A stretch of 64,000 bases of DNA, taken from Chiloscyllium plagiosum. Its lineage: Eukaryota. The position numbers and the translations under genes are program-made. The stretch covers positions 53,317,445 to 53,381,444 of the forward strand of contig NC_057719.1 of assembly GCF_004010195.1 (NCBI RefSeq). Reading direction: 5' to 3'. This document shows positions 1-11,200 of the stretch, piece by piece. Within the stretch, counting starts at the first letter, position 1; every line of letters begins with the position of its first letter. Below the pieces are notes generated by a model. The model did no database searches, was not told the DNA's origin, and worked only from the letters and a program-made list of their open reading frames with translations.

Positions 1-562
1 AAATGTGTTGCTGGAAAAGCGCAGCAGGTCAGGCAGCATCCAGGGAACAGGAGAATCGACGTTTCGGGCATAAGCCCTTCTTCAGGAATGAGGAAGGTTT
101 GTCCAGCAGGCTAAGATAAAAGGTAGGGAGGTGGGACTTGGGGGAGGGGCGTCGGAAATGTGATAGGTGGAAAGAGGTCAAGGTGAGGGTGATAGGTCAG
201 ACTGGGGTGGGGGCGGGGAGGTCGGGAAGAAGATTGCAGGTTAGGAAGGCGGTGCTGAATTTGATGGATTTGACTGAGACAGGCTGGGGGGAGGGGAAAT
301 GAGGAAACTGGTGAAATCTGAGTTCATCCCTTGTGGTTGGAGGGTTCCCACCCCAGTCTGACCTATCACCCTCACCTTGACCTCTTTCCACCTATCGCAT
401 TTCCGACGCCCCTCCCCCAAGTCCCTCCTCCCTACCTTTTATCTTAGCCTGCTGGACAAACTTTCCTCATTCCTGAAGAAGGGCTCATGCCTGAAACGTC
501 GATTCTCCTGTTCCCTGCTTGCTGTCTGACCTGCTGCGCTTTTCCAGCAACACATTTTCAGC
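1..562. mobile_element. Penelope-like element 3' end (pseudo-LTR) arranged as a fold-back; cut off by the window start
   Basis: 1-~212 is the near reverse complement of ~348-562. The right arm carries the HHR motif cctgaagaagggctcatgcctgaaacgtcga at ~472-502. Confidence 0.85.
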
Positions 563-574
563 TGCTTGAGTTAC

Positions 575-885
575 TTGGCAATAACTTAAACTGCACCATC
601 TTTCTAGCCAAACGGTAACACCAAGCCAAAATAATTGCATCATGTCTAACATTAGAAATATACTAACTGAGAAACTGCAGGAGAAATCCATCATCTCACT
701 CATTAAAATGCAAGGTAACACCAGCTTTGCATACATTTGAAATGTAAAATTATAGGTGTTCCTGTTCTCATAGCCAGTATTCAGTTCAGTATATGTACTC
801 TGAATAGTGGTCATCAACCCTTTATATCAGAATGGACTATGTGACTCTTTTTGTTGATAAATGTGAACCAACCCAACAAATGATG
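575..885 (-). pseudogene. Decayed FN3-like exon relics; the upstream one continues at 4840-4890, split by the ERV
   Basis: Acceptor ttctcctgcag at 675, then YISNVRHDAIILAW. GYENRNTYNFTF upstream; TLVSFNIT*TISW across the ERV insertion site. In-frame stops. Confidence 0.3.
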
Positions 886-1552
886 TGTGGGAAAAGATCT
901 GCCAACTCACGATAGGCCCACAAAAGCAAAATTGGCCAAACTGTACCCAAAAACACCCAGAATTCCCAAGCAGGCTCACTAGCCAAATCCGACAGCCCAT
1001 GCAGACAAGGGAATACACTTTACACTCACTAACAATAACAGATCACCACAGATATCTCAAAGCCTCAAGGGCAGTTTCACAACCCAACAATACCAAAGCC
1101 ACTCAAACAACAGGTCAGACAGACAGGCACCAGCAAGGATATGCTCCAGGAACAGGACAATGGAAGTACCTCACCACTTCAGAGGAGACATTAACACCTA
1201 TCTGTGAAGAGGAATGGAACCATCGATACTGTCAGGACATTGCATTGTGTGAAGGAACAGGACATTCATCCGATAACTGTTTTCCAATTAGCATCCTTGC
1301 AATTAGATTACTCCATTTCCAGATACGTTGTATTTTCCCCATTTCTTAATCAGCCTTATTGTGCAGCATTATTATAAAACACTGGTGTCATCCCCAGCTC
1401 TGGGAAGAGAAATCTGATTTACCTGTACAGACTGTCAGTTCTGTATCAGCCTAGTCAGTTTCGCTTCCAGCAATATGGCTTGCAATAAACTGTCAATTTC
1501 ACTTTGAGCTGTGTTTTGTGATCTCTAATCTAATGGGCAAATTTCTCTGACA
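886..1552 (+). repeat. ERV 5' LTR
   Basis: TG...CA ends. TATA-like ttataaaa at ~1372, AATAAA at ~1484. Direct repeat of 4256-4834. Confidence 0.9.
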
Positions 1553-1555
1553 GTT

Positions 1556-1573
1556 TGGTGTTAGTTGGAGGCC
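1556..1573 (+). promoter_or_regulatory. Primer-binding site, degenerate; best fit tRNA-Ser
   Basis: TGGTGTTAGTTGGAGG starts after a 3-nt gap following the LTR. It resembles TGGCGTAGTCGGCAGG with two CpG transitions and two 1-nt indels; tRNA-Leu (TGGTGTCAG) is an alternative. Confidence 0.55.
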
Positions 1574-2654
1574 CTTTTTCTTAAGCGAACCTCACATTTT
1601 AAATTTAACCCAATTGATACCTGGCAGCCAGCCCTGCCCAGCGGGTCAGATCAGAGAAAGGCTGGACAACTGCAGAGGATGGCCACAATTCTGATCTGCA
1701 GCGAATTGGCTTCAGCTACTGCAATTTGGAAGTTGAGTAGTGGCTTCGGCCTGTGGAGGCAGTCACTTGGCTCCTAAATTGCTGCCAGAACTCGGCCTGT
1801 GGACGTAGTCTAGTAAGCGAATAAATTAATTACCAAATTTAACTAATTGGCAGCCGGCTGCTGCTGCAATTTGGAACATGAGTAGTGGCTTTGGCCTGTA
1901 GAGATAGTCTCTTGGCTCCTAAATTGTTAACTGAATTTTAAGCTGCCGTGTCTGGGCCCGTGGAGGTCGTCTGATGGGAAAGTAAGTTTAACTGGCAGCT
2001 GGTAATTCAGTACTAAACAGAGTGGACTGGGTTTGTGGAAGTCATCAGCTGTGCTAAATTAATTACCTAAAATTTTTGCAACAAACATCAATTTGGCCCA
2101 CGCATGATCTGCATTGAGCCAAGACTTCTGTCACAAACCTGATCTGGCCAGGAGAAAGACAGTTGGGCAGAGAAAGTTAGGCACAATACATGGAGAGACT
2201 GCTCGTCAAATTCTCGCTTTACTACTGATAAATCCACAGCTCAAACAAAATTGACTGGGGCCCCAACTGCACTTTGTCCTGTCCTGTGTTGGGTGTGTCT
2301 GCTTGTTACTGAGTGCTTGTTTGTTAATTTCAGGTGTCCCATTTGGCCGTGTTTGTTCAACACTTAAGTGTTTGTTTACTTTGTGGTCAGGGATTAAACA
2401 CTTGAGTAACTTTTATTGCCTAACCTGTCACTCACTGCCTGTGTTTTGTGAGCTCTCTCTTTCTGCTTTTCCTCGAAAGTGAAATACAGCACTTACAAAT
2501 TGACCCAAGACGTCCAGGACTCCATGGGGGCACGGACATTTACCCTCTGCTGGGAGATGCCAGCTGTGTGAGCTGGGCAACCCCAACCAGGAAGGTCTGG
2601 GGCCGAAAATAAACAAGGCTGCCCAGAAAAGGCATGGTAAATATGTAAACTGCA

Positions 2655-2864
2655 AGAACAAGGTGGAAAGGCCCGTACCTGATCCTGATGATGACCCGAT
2701 CTGCTGTAAAACTGGAAGGACGGCCCGAATGGACATATGCCACCTACTGCAAGAGGGCTCCACAACCTATGAACAGGGACCACACAGAGGAAGACACCAC
2801 TCCAACCACCAAGGATGGATCCAGCTGCTCACAGCAGCCATTGCCATCAGCACCCTCGGCCTGA
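2655..2864 (+). pseudogene. pol: Retroviral integrase C-terminal remnant (end of pol)
   Basis: A frame not shown in the ORF track reads RTRWKGPYLILMMTRSAVKLEGRPEWTYATYCKRAP..., with stop at 2862-2864. This is the gamma/epsilon-type GPY/F tail. Confidence 0.85.
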
Positions 2865-4255
2865 TCTGTCTGTCCATCACACTGTGGCTTGCTGGTAAAC
2901 AGGGACAAGGGGCAGCACATTTCATAACCCGCCGTGTCTTACAGGCCAACACCTTCCTGAAAATGGCCCATGGGTATGCCCAGAGGTTTAATCAGACCCA
3001 CTGCTGGGTCTGCACTAGGATCCCTGTCCACTCTCACGGGGGCATTCCCTTAGCCTCAATCCCATTAAATACCTCTGAAATGGTGGAGTGGTGGCTAGAC
3101 CCAGACAAGTCCCCTGAAGTTACCACACTGGCCATGCCCAACTATGGGAACAACAGACCAGCCCGCTGGAGGTCTGCGGGGTGCCACCTCCACAAATATA
3201 AAGGGTAGTTTTACCCGGCCTACAACCTCTCCCATGTGCCCCAGCCCTGACCATTGCTGACACCAGCACACACAGGCCACCTGCGGGATCCATCTGTTTC
3301 AAAAGCACACAGCCACCCAATTGGGAGGCTGGCTGGAGCCAGTGCACTGACTCCCTGGTCCTAACTCCCGCAGCATGTCGATCTGCTGCAGAAGGCAGCA
3401 TTTTAAACCTACAGGTCCTCAATATGACCAGCCAGAACACCACCTTCCTCACCAAGTGGACAGGGACCCAGACCCGCCATCTCTGGCCCTACAATGGCAC
3501 CTATTTTATCTGTGGCCGCAAAGCCTACCCTGGTTGCCAGTATCCTGGACTGGGAGCTGTTATGTTGGGTATACCATACTATTCATGTATCACTCCCAAT
3601 CCCCTCCCTTCCCAAAGCCCATGACCCACAGCAGACGAGCCCTCGCTGCCATTGAAGCAGCTCTCTACCTGATGTCACCCCACTCTGCAACCCTGCGGTT
3701 ACAGGTAGAAGCCCACAAACTCACCGCCACACTAGGGGAGGTGGCAAACTCCACAGCAGATGTACTCGCCAAGCTGAATGTGGAGGCTGTATCTATCCAT
3801 ACTGTGGCTCTGCAGAACAGGATGGCCGTGGACTACCTGCTCGCTGCAAAAGGGGGCACATAAGCCCTCATTGGTGCTGACTGCTGCACTTACATTCCTG
3901 ACCCCAGTGAAAACATCACAGACCTGGCCAAACATATCTGGCAGGCAGCTTCTGTTCTGTATGATCAGAACTCCAGTTGGGATTTATGGGACTGGGTAGC
4001 ATCCTTATGTTGGGTATGCCATACTATTCATGTATCACTCCCAGTCCCCTCCCTTCCCAAAGCCCATGACCCACAGCAGACGAGCCCTCGCTGCCATTGA
4101 AGCAGCTCTCTACCTGATGTCACCCCTAAGGCACAGCCCTATGCAGGGACTGATAGTCCTCATTGCTATCATTGCCGGCCTTATAGCGCTAGCTATGGCC
4201 ATCCAACTGTGCTTCTCATGCCTATGTGCAATCCTGTTACCGTCTGCTCCCCTCA
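2729..4255 (+). pseudogene. env: Gamma-type envelope gene (SU-TM), disrupted by stops, frameshifts and a duplication
   Basis: Hydrophobic signal segment; NQTHCWVC (CXXC); NGTYFICG; HSRR/AL cleavage-like site; ISD LQNRMAVDYLLAAKGGT then *ALIGADCC (CX6CC with the first Cys turned to a stop); Trp-rich WDLWDW; TM GLIVLIAIIAGLIALAMAI. Confidence 0.93.
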
Positions 4256-4834
4256 CCAAAAACACCCAGAATTCCCAAGCAGGCTCACAAGCCAAATCAG
4301 ACAGCCAATGCAGACAAGAGAATACACTTTAAGCTTGCTAACAATGACAGAGCACCACAGATATCTCAAAGTCCCAAGGGCAGTTTCACAACCCAGCAAT
4401 ACCAAATCCACACAAAGAGCAGGTCAGACAGAGAGGCACCAGCAAGGACATGCTCCAGGAACAGGGCAATGGAAGCACCTATTCAGAGGAGACAGTAAAA
4501 CCTACCTGTGAAGAGGAATGGAACCATTGATACTGTCAGGACATTAATCCGATAACTGGTTTTTGATCAGCATCCTTGTAACTAGATTACTCCATTTCCA
4601 GATACACTGTATTTTCCCCATTTCTTAATCAGTGTCATTGTACAGCATTATAAAAAAACTGGTCTCATCCTCAGCTCTGGGAAGAGAAATTCTGATCTAT
4701 CTGTACTGACTGTCAGTTCTGTGTCAGCCTAGTCAGTTTCTCTTCCAGCAATATGGCTCGCAATAAACTGTTTGTCAATTACACTTTGAGCTGTGTTTTG
4801 TGATCTCTACTCTATTGGGCAAATTTCTCCAACA
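4256..4834 (+). repeat. ERV 3' LTR lacking its first ~61 bp
   Basis: Matches the 5' LTR from position 947 onward. AATAAA at ~4761; ends in CA followed by the TSD. Confidence 0.9.
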
Positions 4835-5152
4835 TGATGGCACCAAGATATTGTTCATGTTATATTAAAACTAACCAATGTTTCACAAAAAATCATATCT
4901 TTGATATTTTCAAATGATTCCATTAAAACTCTGAATAAGTGTAATACATTTTGAAGAACACTTTTTATCACTAGTTTTGTCACTGGATAACTGAATAATT
5001 ACAGCCAGGTTCCAATGTACAAAATCCTCAATTCTCAAATAAATTCTATTTGTGAAATATTGTTACTGCATTTACAGCATTCACTGCCTCTGATATAAAA
5101 CTGTCTGTTACTGTGTTTATGGACACAAAGCAATAAAAATTATTCAACATAC

Positions 5153-5700
5153 CTGGAGGCTGTCATATTCCATGTTACCCTATCCTTGGTAACTGCTAGT
5201 TGAATATTATAGCACTTCAGTCCTGTTTGGATCTCTTTGAGTGATGACTCCTCCTCTCCTAAATCCCTTGTGAGAATTAAAATAAAATAGATTTGTCCTC
5301 TAGATAGAGCCATGAGCTGTTTTTGTTTTGGGAGGAACTGTAGGGAAATTGATTAAACACCTTTCGTCGAATGCACAATAAAACTTGACATCAAATCATG
5401 TTCAGTACTTTCTGTTAAGGTTTACGGATTTTAAAATGTATCATACTCACGTAAACCAGGCATTCCTTTTAAGAGCTATCACTAAATCTGTGCTTAATGA
5501 TCCATTAATAGGTGCATATATGTGAGTTATTACAAGAAAATAAATATTTGACTTTATATCATACCATATAGCATTCACAATATTGTAAGGAGCATTACAG
5601 ATACTGATGGCCTGAAGTGACACATTTGGTGTCCAGGCAAATACAGAAGCCATTTTGGAAACGGTGAGGACTCACACTCAGTTGATAACTCTGTTGGAGC
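5153..5700 (-). pseudogene. Two decayed LamG-like exon relics (5451-~5700 and 5153-5337) separated by a 113-bp intron
   Basis: Donor GTGAGT at 5450, acceptor tttccctacag at 5338, donor GTATG at 5152. Peptides NVSLQAISICNAPYNIVNAIWYDIK and FYFNSHKGFRRGGVITQ are paralogous to 16720-17520. Confidence 0.45.
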
Positions 5701-5861
5701 GAGAGTGGTGGACTAAGACTCTAAGAGAACTTACTGTTCTTCTTCAAAGATATCAAGAGATTTTAAGCATCTACCTAGACATCAGTCACATTGAGTTCTG
5801 AAGGGTTACTGGACCTGAAAAGGACCAGCTCCTCTAGTTTATCTCTCCAAACTTCAGGCTC

Positions 5862-5897
5862 ACTTCCTGATGAAGGGCTTTTGCCCGAAACGTCGAT
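5862..5897 (+). ncRNA. Minimal type I hammerhead ribozyme motif, copy 1
   Basis: CUGAUGA-A-GGGC(UUUU)GCCC-GAAA-CGUC; predicted cleavage after 5894. Confidence 0.7.
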
Positions 5898-6521
5898 TTC
5901 GAAGCTCCTTGGATGCTGCCTGAACTGCTGTGCTCTTCCAGCACCACTAATCCAGAATCTGGTTTCCAGCATCTGCAGTCATTGTTTTTACCTCGTTGAT
6001 TTTAACCCTACTGCGAATCCTTTTGCAAGGATGCCTGCCTTGAAGAAGTTTTCCTCCTCTCTCAACAAGAATCTCAGGGAGTCTCTCTCCCACTGCAACT
6101 CCCAGGTCATTTCCTCTGCCCTGAAGCTCTTCAACCATGTCGTGAAACAAACTCGCTACCACAGCCACATCTGCTTCCTCAGTGCCTACCTCTGTAACCA
6201 ACTCATCCCACACGGACTCCGGACCACCTCTAAACCAGCAGAGTTCAGAGCCGAACAGGACAAACAGTACAGACTACAGATTCAAAAACACCAGCAACAG
6301 TTCTCCTTCAACAGTTCTCCTCCGCTCCACGCTTGCAGCAATGCGCCGGCACCTAACCTCTCTACAGTCAGCCCTGCCTCAGCTGAGGGCCACACTCTCT
6401 CAGAATTGCAAAGGACCCACTCTGTACTACATCCTTAGGAGAATTCATACTCTCAACAAACAGTATTTCAATTCCATCTGCTCCTCTAGCTTATCTCTCC
6501 ACGCTTCAGGCTCACTGCCTT

Positions 6522-6557
6522 TATTCCTGATGAAGGGCTTTTGCCCGAAACGTCGAT
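6522..6557 (+). ncRNA. Minimal type I hammerhead ribozyme motif, copy 2
   Basis: Core identical to copy 1; predicted cleavage after 6554. Confidence 0.7.
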
Positions 6558-7664
6558 TTTGAAGCTCCTTGGATGCTGCCTGAACTGCTGTGCTCTTCCA
6601 GCACCACTAATCCAAAATCGGGTTTCCAGCATCTTTAGTCATTGTTTTTACCCCACTGGACCTGAAAAGTTGATTCTGTTTTCTCTCCACAGATGTTGCC
6701 ACACCTGTTAAGTTTCTCCAGCAGTTTATATTTTTTGTTTCGGATTTCCAGCATTCACAGTTTTTGGTTTTATTATTAAATAAGGCAAAGGACTGAATCT
6801 CCAAAAATTCAACTCATTGATAACGCTTTTGTGTGCCTAGGTTATAAGACCACAGTATTGTCACAAATATGTTACTTCAGATTTACCATGATCACAACAC
6901 ATAGCACCCTCAGCATTCTTAGAGTCTATAGATATTTTAAAGTCAATGTTAGTATCAACCAGTCACTTCTTCATCAGGTAGCATCTGGATTTTTGAGGGT
7001 TGCCAAAGCACAATTTTTACTGTAAATTTCAAGCACTGCAGGTTCAGGAGAAAGCACCCAAGGCTACCTCAGCCAGAATGAGAACTAAACCCTGTGGTAT
7101 TCGAACCACATGCAAACTGTTCAGTATGGGTGTTGGCTTGTGTAAGGGAAATAACGGTAATCATTGGAAGAACTAATCAGATGTACCTTTGTACACCTCA
7201 CCAACAAGAGAGCTTGAGTAGTGTGTTTTGATATATAAACTGATTCATGTATCTAAAGCACTGACATGGCCTCTGTAAGCTGTGTTTGCCTAGAGTTACC
7301 TTTTCTGTTTTTTCCTGATAGCTCAGCAAATTTTTCTTCTTCAGTGAGTAATCCAATTCTTTACTGAAAGCCATTAATACTCTGCCTCCACTACATGCTG
7401 ACAGGCATTCCTGAACCTATTTGTTGCATTAAACATGTTTTTCCTTGTGTTATTGGTGCTTTCTTTGCCAATTACTTAGAATTGGTGTCCTTTTGTTCTT
7501 TCCACAAATGTGAACAGTATCTCCCTCTAACCTATTTCTGGACCCTAATGAATTTGAATACGTCTATCAAATCTCTTCTCAACCTTCTGTTCTTTGAGAA
7601 AAACACTCAAAGTTCTCTGATCTAAGTATTGGAAGCTCCTCATCCCTAGAACCAATCCTGAAGG

Positions 7665-8205
7665 CCATGATGTGGAGGAGCTGGTGTTGGACTTGGGTGG
7701 ACAAAGTTGAAAATCACACAACACCAGGTTATAGTCCAACAGGTTTATTTGGAAGCACTAGCTGTCAAAGCGATACTCCTTCACCAGGTTGTTGTAAAGT
7801 ATAAAATAATAAGACACAGAATTTACAGCAAAAGATTACAGTCTCATACAGTGAAACATTGAACAAACCTGGATTGTTAAGTCTTTCATCTTTCAGAATG
7901 GATTGCAGATTTCGGTTTATTAATATGTACACCCTAGAACTTCTTTTAAGTCACATTATCAAGATAACTTAAGGTTTTATAACAAAAGGTGATAGCTCAG
8001 ACAATGCATTAAAGTGTTAGGTCAGAGCCTGTCTGTATCCCAATCTTGAGTCAGACTGGTTCAATTTCCAAAGCAGAATTTACAAAATATTGCATGTATT
8101 AACTGCCTGCAGATTGTATTTTGCTCAAAAATGCATAATGTATCTGCAAATATAATTCTGCAAGTACAAATTCACCCCATAGATTAATATGTGCGTGTGC
8201 ATGCA

Positions 8206-8240
<35 letters not shown>

Positions 8241-11200
8241 CAGAGAGTGAGTGCGTGCACGTGAATGTGTCCATGTGAGTGTGAGTGCACATACGAGAGT
8301 ATGTGTTTGCATGAGTGAAAGCTTGGTAAAGTGTGTGTGTGGGTGTGATGGAGTACAGGCCTCTGAGAGTGTGTGTTTGCGTGGGTGTGAGTGTGGGAGC
8401 TGTACGTCCATGTGTGTGTGAGAGAGTGTGTGTGTGTATGAGAGAGGGTCTGCATGAGTATGAGAGTGTGAGTGTGAGTGCGAGTGTGTGTGTGTGTATC
8501 TATGTGTAGTGCAGTGGGGTCACCTGTAGTGTGATATGAGCTCAAGGCCCCCGGTTGGAGCCATTCCCTTGGGTACTGAACTTGGCAATCAGCCTCTGCT
8601 TCGCAGGTTTGCAGTGTTGCTTATCCCAAAGATACCTTGGAGGAAGGTCACCCAAAGATCTGAGGCCAAATTCCCCGATTGCTGAAGTGTTCCCTGAATG
8701 GGAGTGAACAAAGTTGACTGTTGATTGTTGTGCGGTGTCCATTCATCTGTTATCATAACATCTGTTTGGTCTCACCAATGTACCATGCCTCAGGGCATCC
8801 TTGCTGCAGGGTATGAGATAGACAACATTGGCCAAGTCACATGAGTACCTGCAGCATACGTGGTGGGTGGTGTCCCCACGGGTAATGGTGGTATCTGTGT
8901 CAACACTCTGACACATCTTGCTGTGGTTGACATAACAAGGTTTATGGTGTTCTGGTCGATGTTGCCCTGAAGGCTGGACAGTTTGTGACAAACAATCATA
9001 TATTTAAGGTTTGGCAGTTGTTTAAAAGCGAGAAGTGGAGGCGTAGGGGAGATCTTGGTGACGGGCTGATCCTCATCGATAATGTGTTGCAGGCTGCAAA
9101 GAACATAGTATAATTTTTCAGCTCCCAGGAAGTACTGTCAGTTGCAGCTCATGTCGGTCTTCAAAGGAAGTCATTGCGGTTTCTCACTGTTGCACATCAG
9201 AACTGGTGATTGATGAGTTGAGCATCGTACCCTGTTCTTATGAGGGCATCCATGACCACCTTCAAGTGTCCATCACGTTCCTCCTCATGTAAACAGATCC
9301 TGTGCATGCTTAGGGCTTGTTCGTAGGGGATGGCTGTTTTAATGTTTCGGATGGAAGCTACTAGTGTGTATCATTATGAGGTTATCCATGGATTTGCAGT
9401 AGAGTGAGGTTCTGAGGTGCCCAACCATGATGGAGATGCACGTGTCCAAGAATGAGACAGATATGAGAGTGTAGTCCATGGTGAATCTGATGGGGGATGA
9501 AACTCGTTAATATCCCTGTGTAGTTGTTTCAGTGACTCCTCGTCATGGGTCGAGAGGAAGAAAATGTCGTTGGTATACCTGGTGTAGAGTGTTGGTTGGA
9601 GGTCCTGCGTTGAGAAGAAGTCTTGTTCGAACTTGTGCATGAAACTGTTGATATATTGCGGTGCAAATTTGGTCCCTATGGCTGTTTTGTGTTTCTGGAT
9701 GAAGAACTGGTTGTCAAAAATGAAAATGTTGTGATTGAGGATTAAACAGATGAGTTGTAGGACAGTGTTTGGAGATTAGCATTTGTTGATGTTGAATACC
9801 GAAGCTGTTGCCGCGAGGCCGTCATCAGGGGGGTTGCTGGTGTAGAGTGCGGAAACGTCCATTGTGACGAGTAACGTTCTCAGTTCGACTGGTCCATGGG
9901 TGCTGAGTTTCTGTAAGAAATCTGTTGTGGTCGCAACAGAAGCTGGGGGTCCCTGTTCAATGGGTTTCACATAGCCAGAGAGCTTCTCACACATGGTCCC
10001 ATTGCCTGATACGATGTGTGTACTTCGGAAGGCAATAGAAGTCCCCTACACAAGAAGTATGTGGGATGTGAGCACGTAGAGAATCTTGAAGGGCTGGATC
10101 AGAAGTCTTGATCAATGTGTTTAGTTCACAGGTATGTTCTTTGGTCAGGTCAGCCAGTAGTTGCCTGTAGCGTTCCTAGTTGTTCGGTTGTCAGTACATT
10201 TCCTTGCAGTAATCTGCTCTATTCTGAATGACGATGGCTTCTCCTTCATCTGCTGGTTGAATGCCAGATTCATCAGCCGCACCCACAAAGTAGAGCAACC
10301 ACTCAATCACAATTCAAAGCCATCCATGCTCTCAAAAACAATCACAGCATTGTCATCAAACAGCCATGGGGATCAAATTTGCACTCCAACATTTTCATGC
10401 TCAAGTTGAACAAGACTTCTTTGCTGCACAGGGCCCTCAACCAACACCATAAAGCAGATATATTGATGATATTTTCTTCCTCTGGACTCATTATTAAAAC
10501 AGCCATCCCCTACGGAAAAGCCCTACACATAATCAGGATATGTTCAGATGAGGAGGGATGCGACGGACACCTGAAGGTGCTCAAGAATGGTCTCATAAGA
10601 GCAAAGTTACAAATCACACAACACCAGGTTATAGTGCAACAGGTTTAATTGGAAGCACTAGATTTCGGAGCGCCGCTCCTTCATCAGGTGGTTGTACCAA
10701 CTCATAAGAACAGGGTACAATGCTCAATTTATTGATCGCCAGTTCTGATGTGCCACAAATCTGGATTGTTAAGTCTTTCATCACTTAGAATGGGTTGCAC
10801 GTTTTGGTTCATTAATATGCAAGTCCCAGAACTTCCTTTAAATCACATTCTCAAGATAACTTAAGGTTTTACAACAAGAGGTGACCTCCTCACGAGACAG
10901 AGACAGGTAGCAACCGATAGGGTATTCTTCATTGTCCAGTACTTCCAGTGAGCTGAAAAACACCATCATGTTCTTTGCAGCCTGCAACACACTATCGATG
11001 AGGATGAGTATCTCGCCATGACCTTCCCAACACCTCTACTTCTCGCCTTTAAACAACTGCTAAACATTAAACAGACGATTGTTCGCAGCAAACTGCCCAG
11101 CTTGCAGGGCAACATTGACCACAACACTGGCAAGCTTGCACACACGCAAACACACACTCTGTCACATGCACTCACACTCTCATGGTTACACACACTTTAC

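Larger units (their letters stand above)
886..4834 (+). mobile_element. Endogenous retrovirus, internally deleted (LTR-PBS-leader-IN tail-env-LTR)
   Basis: Starts TGTGGGAAAA, ends TTTCTCCAACA. TGATG is duplicated at 881-885 and 4835-4839. Long direct repeats at both ends; env and integrase motifs inside. Confidence 0.93.
5823..6654 (+). mobile_element. Internally deleted PLE: pLTR - 5' ORF fragment - pLTR
   Basis: Direct repeats ~5829-5993 and ~6480-6652, each with an HHR. ORF start MPALKKFSSS at 6031. 15-bp TSD actggacctgaaaag at 5808-5822 and 6655-6669. Confidence 0.88.

Noticed and set aside
885..1349. 154-aa ORF in the 5' LTR, partly open in the 3' LTR too (4209-4511), as a possible U3 accessory gene
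   Set aside because: It starts at a GTG overlapping the TSD, the T-poor strand makes stops rare, the two copies diverge in frame near the 3' end, and no motif is recognisable.
2729..4255. env as a domesticated syncytin-like gene
   Set aside because: Stops at 3206 and 3861 (the latter replacing the CX6CC cysteine), several frameshifts and an internal duplication.
5791..6438. 215-aa ORF as a host gene
   Set aside because: It is read-through of pLTR sequence into a truncated Penelope ORF N-terminus.
8099..8545. His/Thr-rich ORFs (also 11018-11440)
   Set aside because: Translations of (CA)n/(GT)n microsatellites in the PLE tail.
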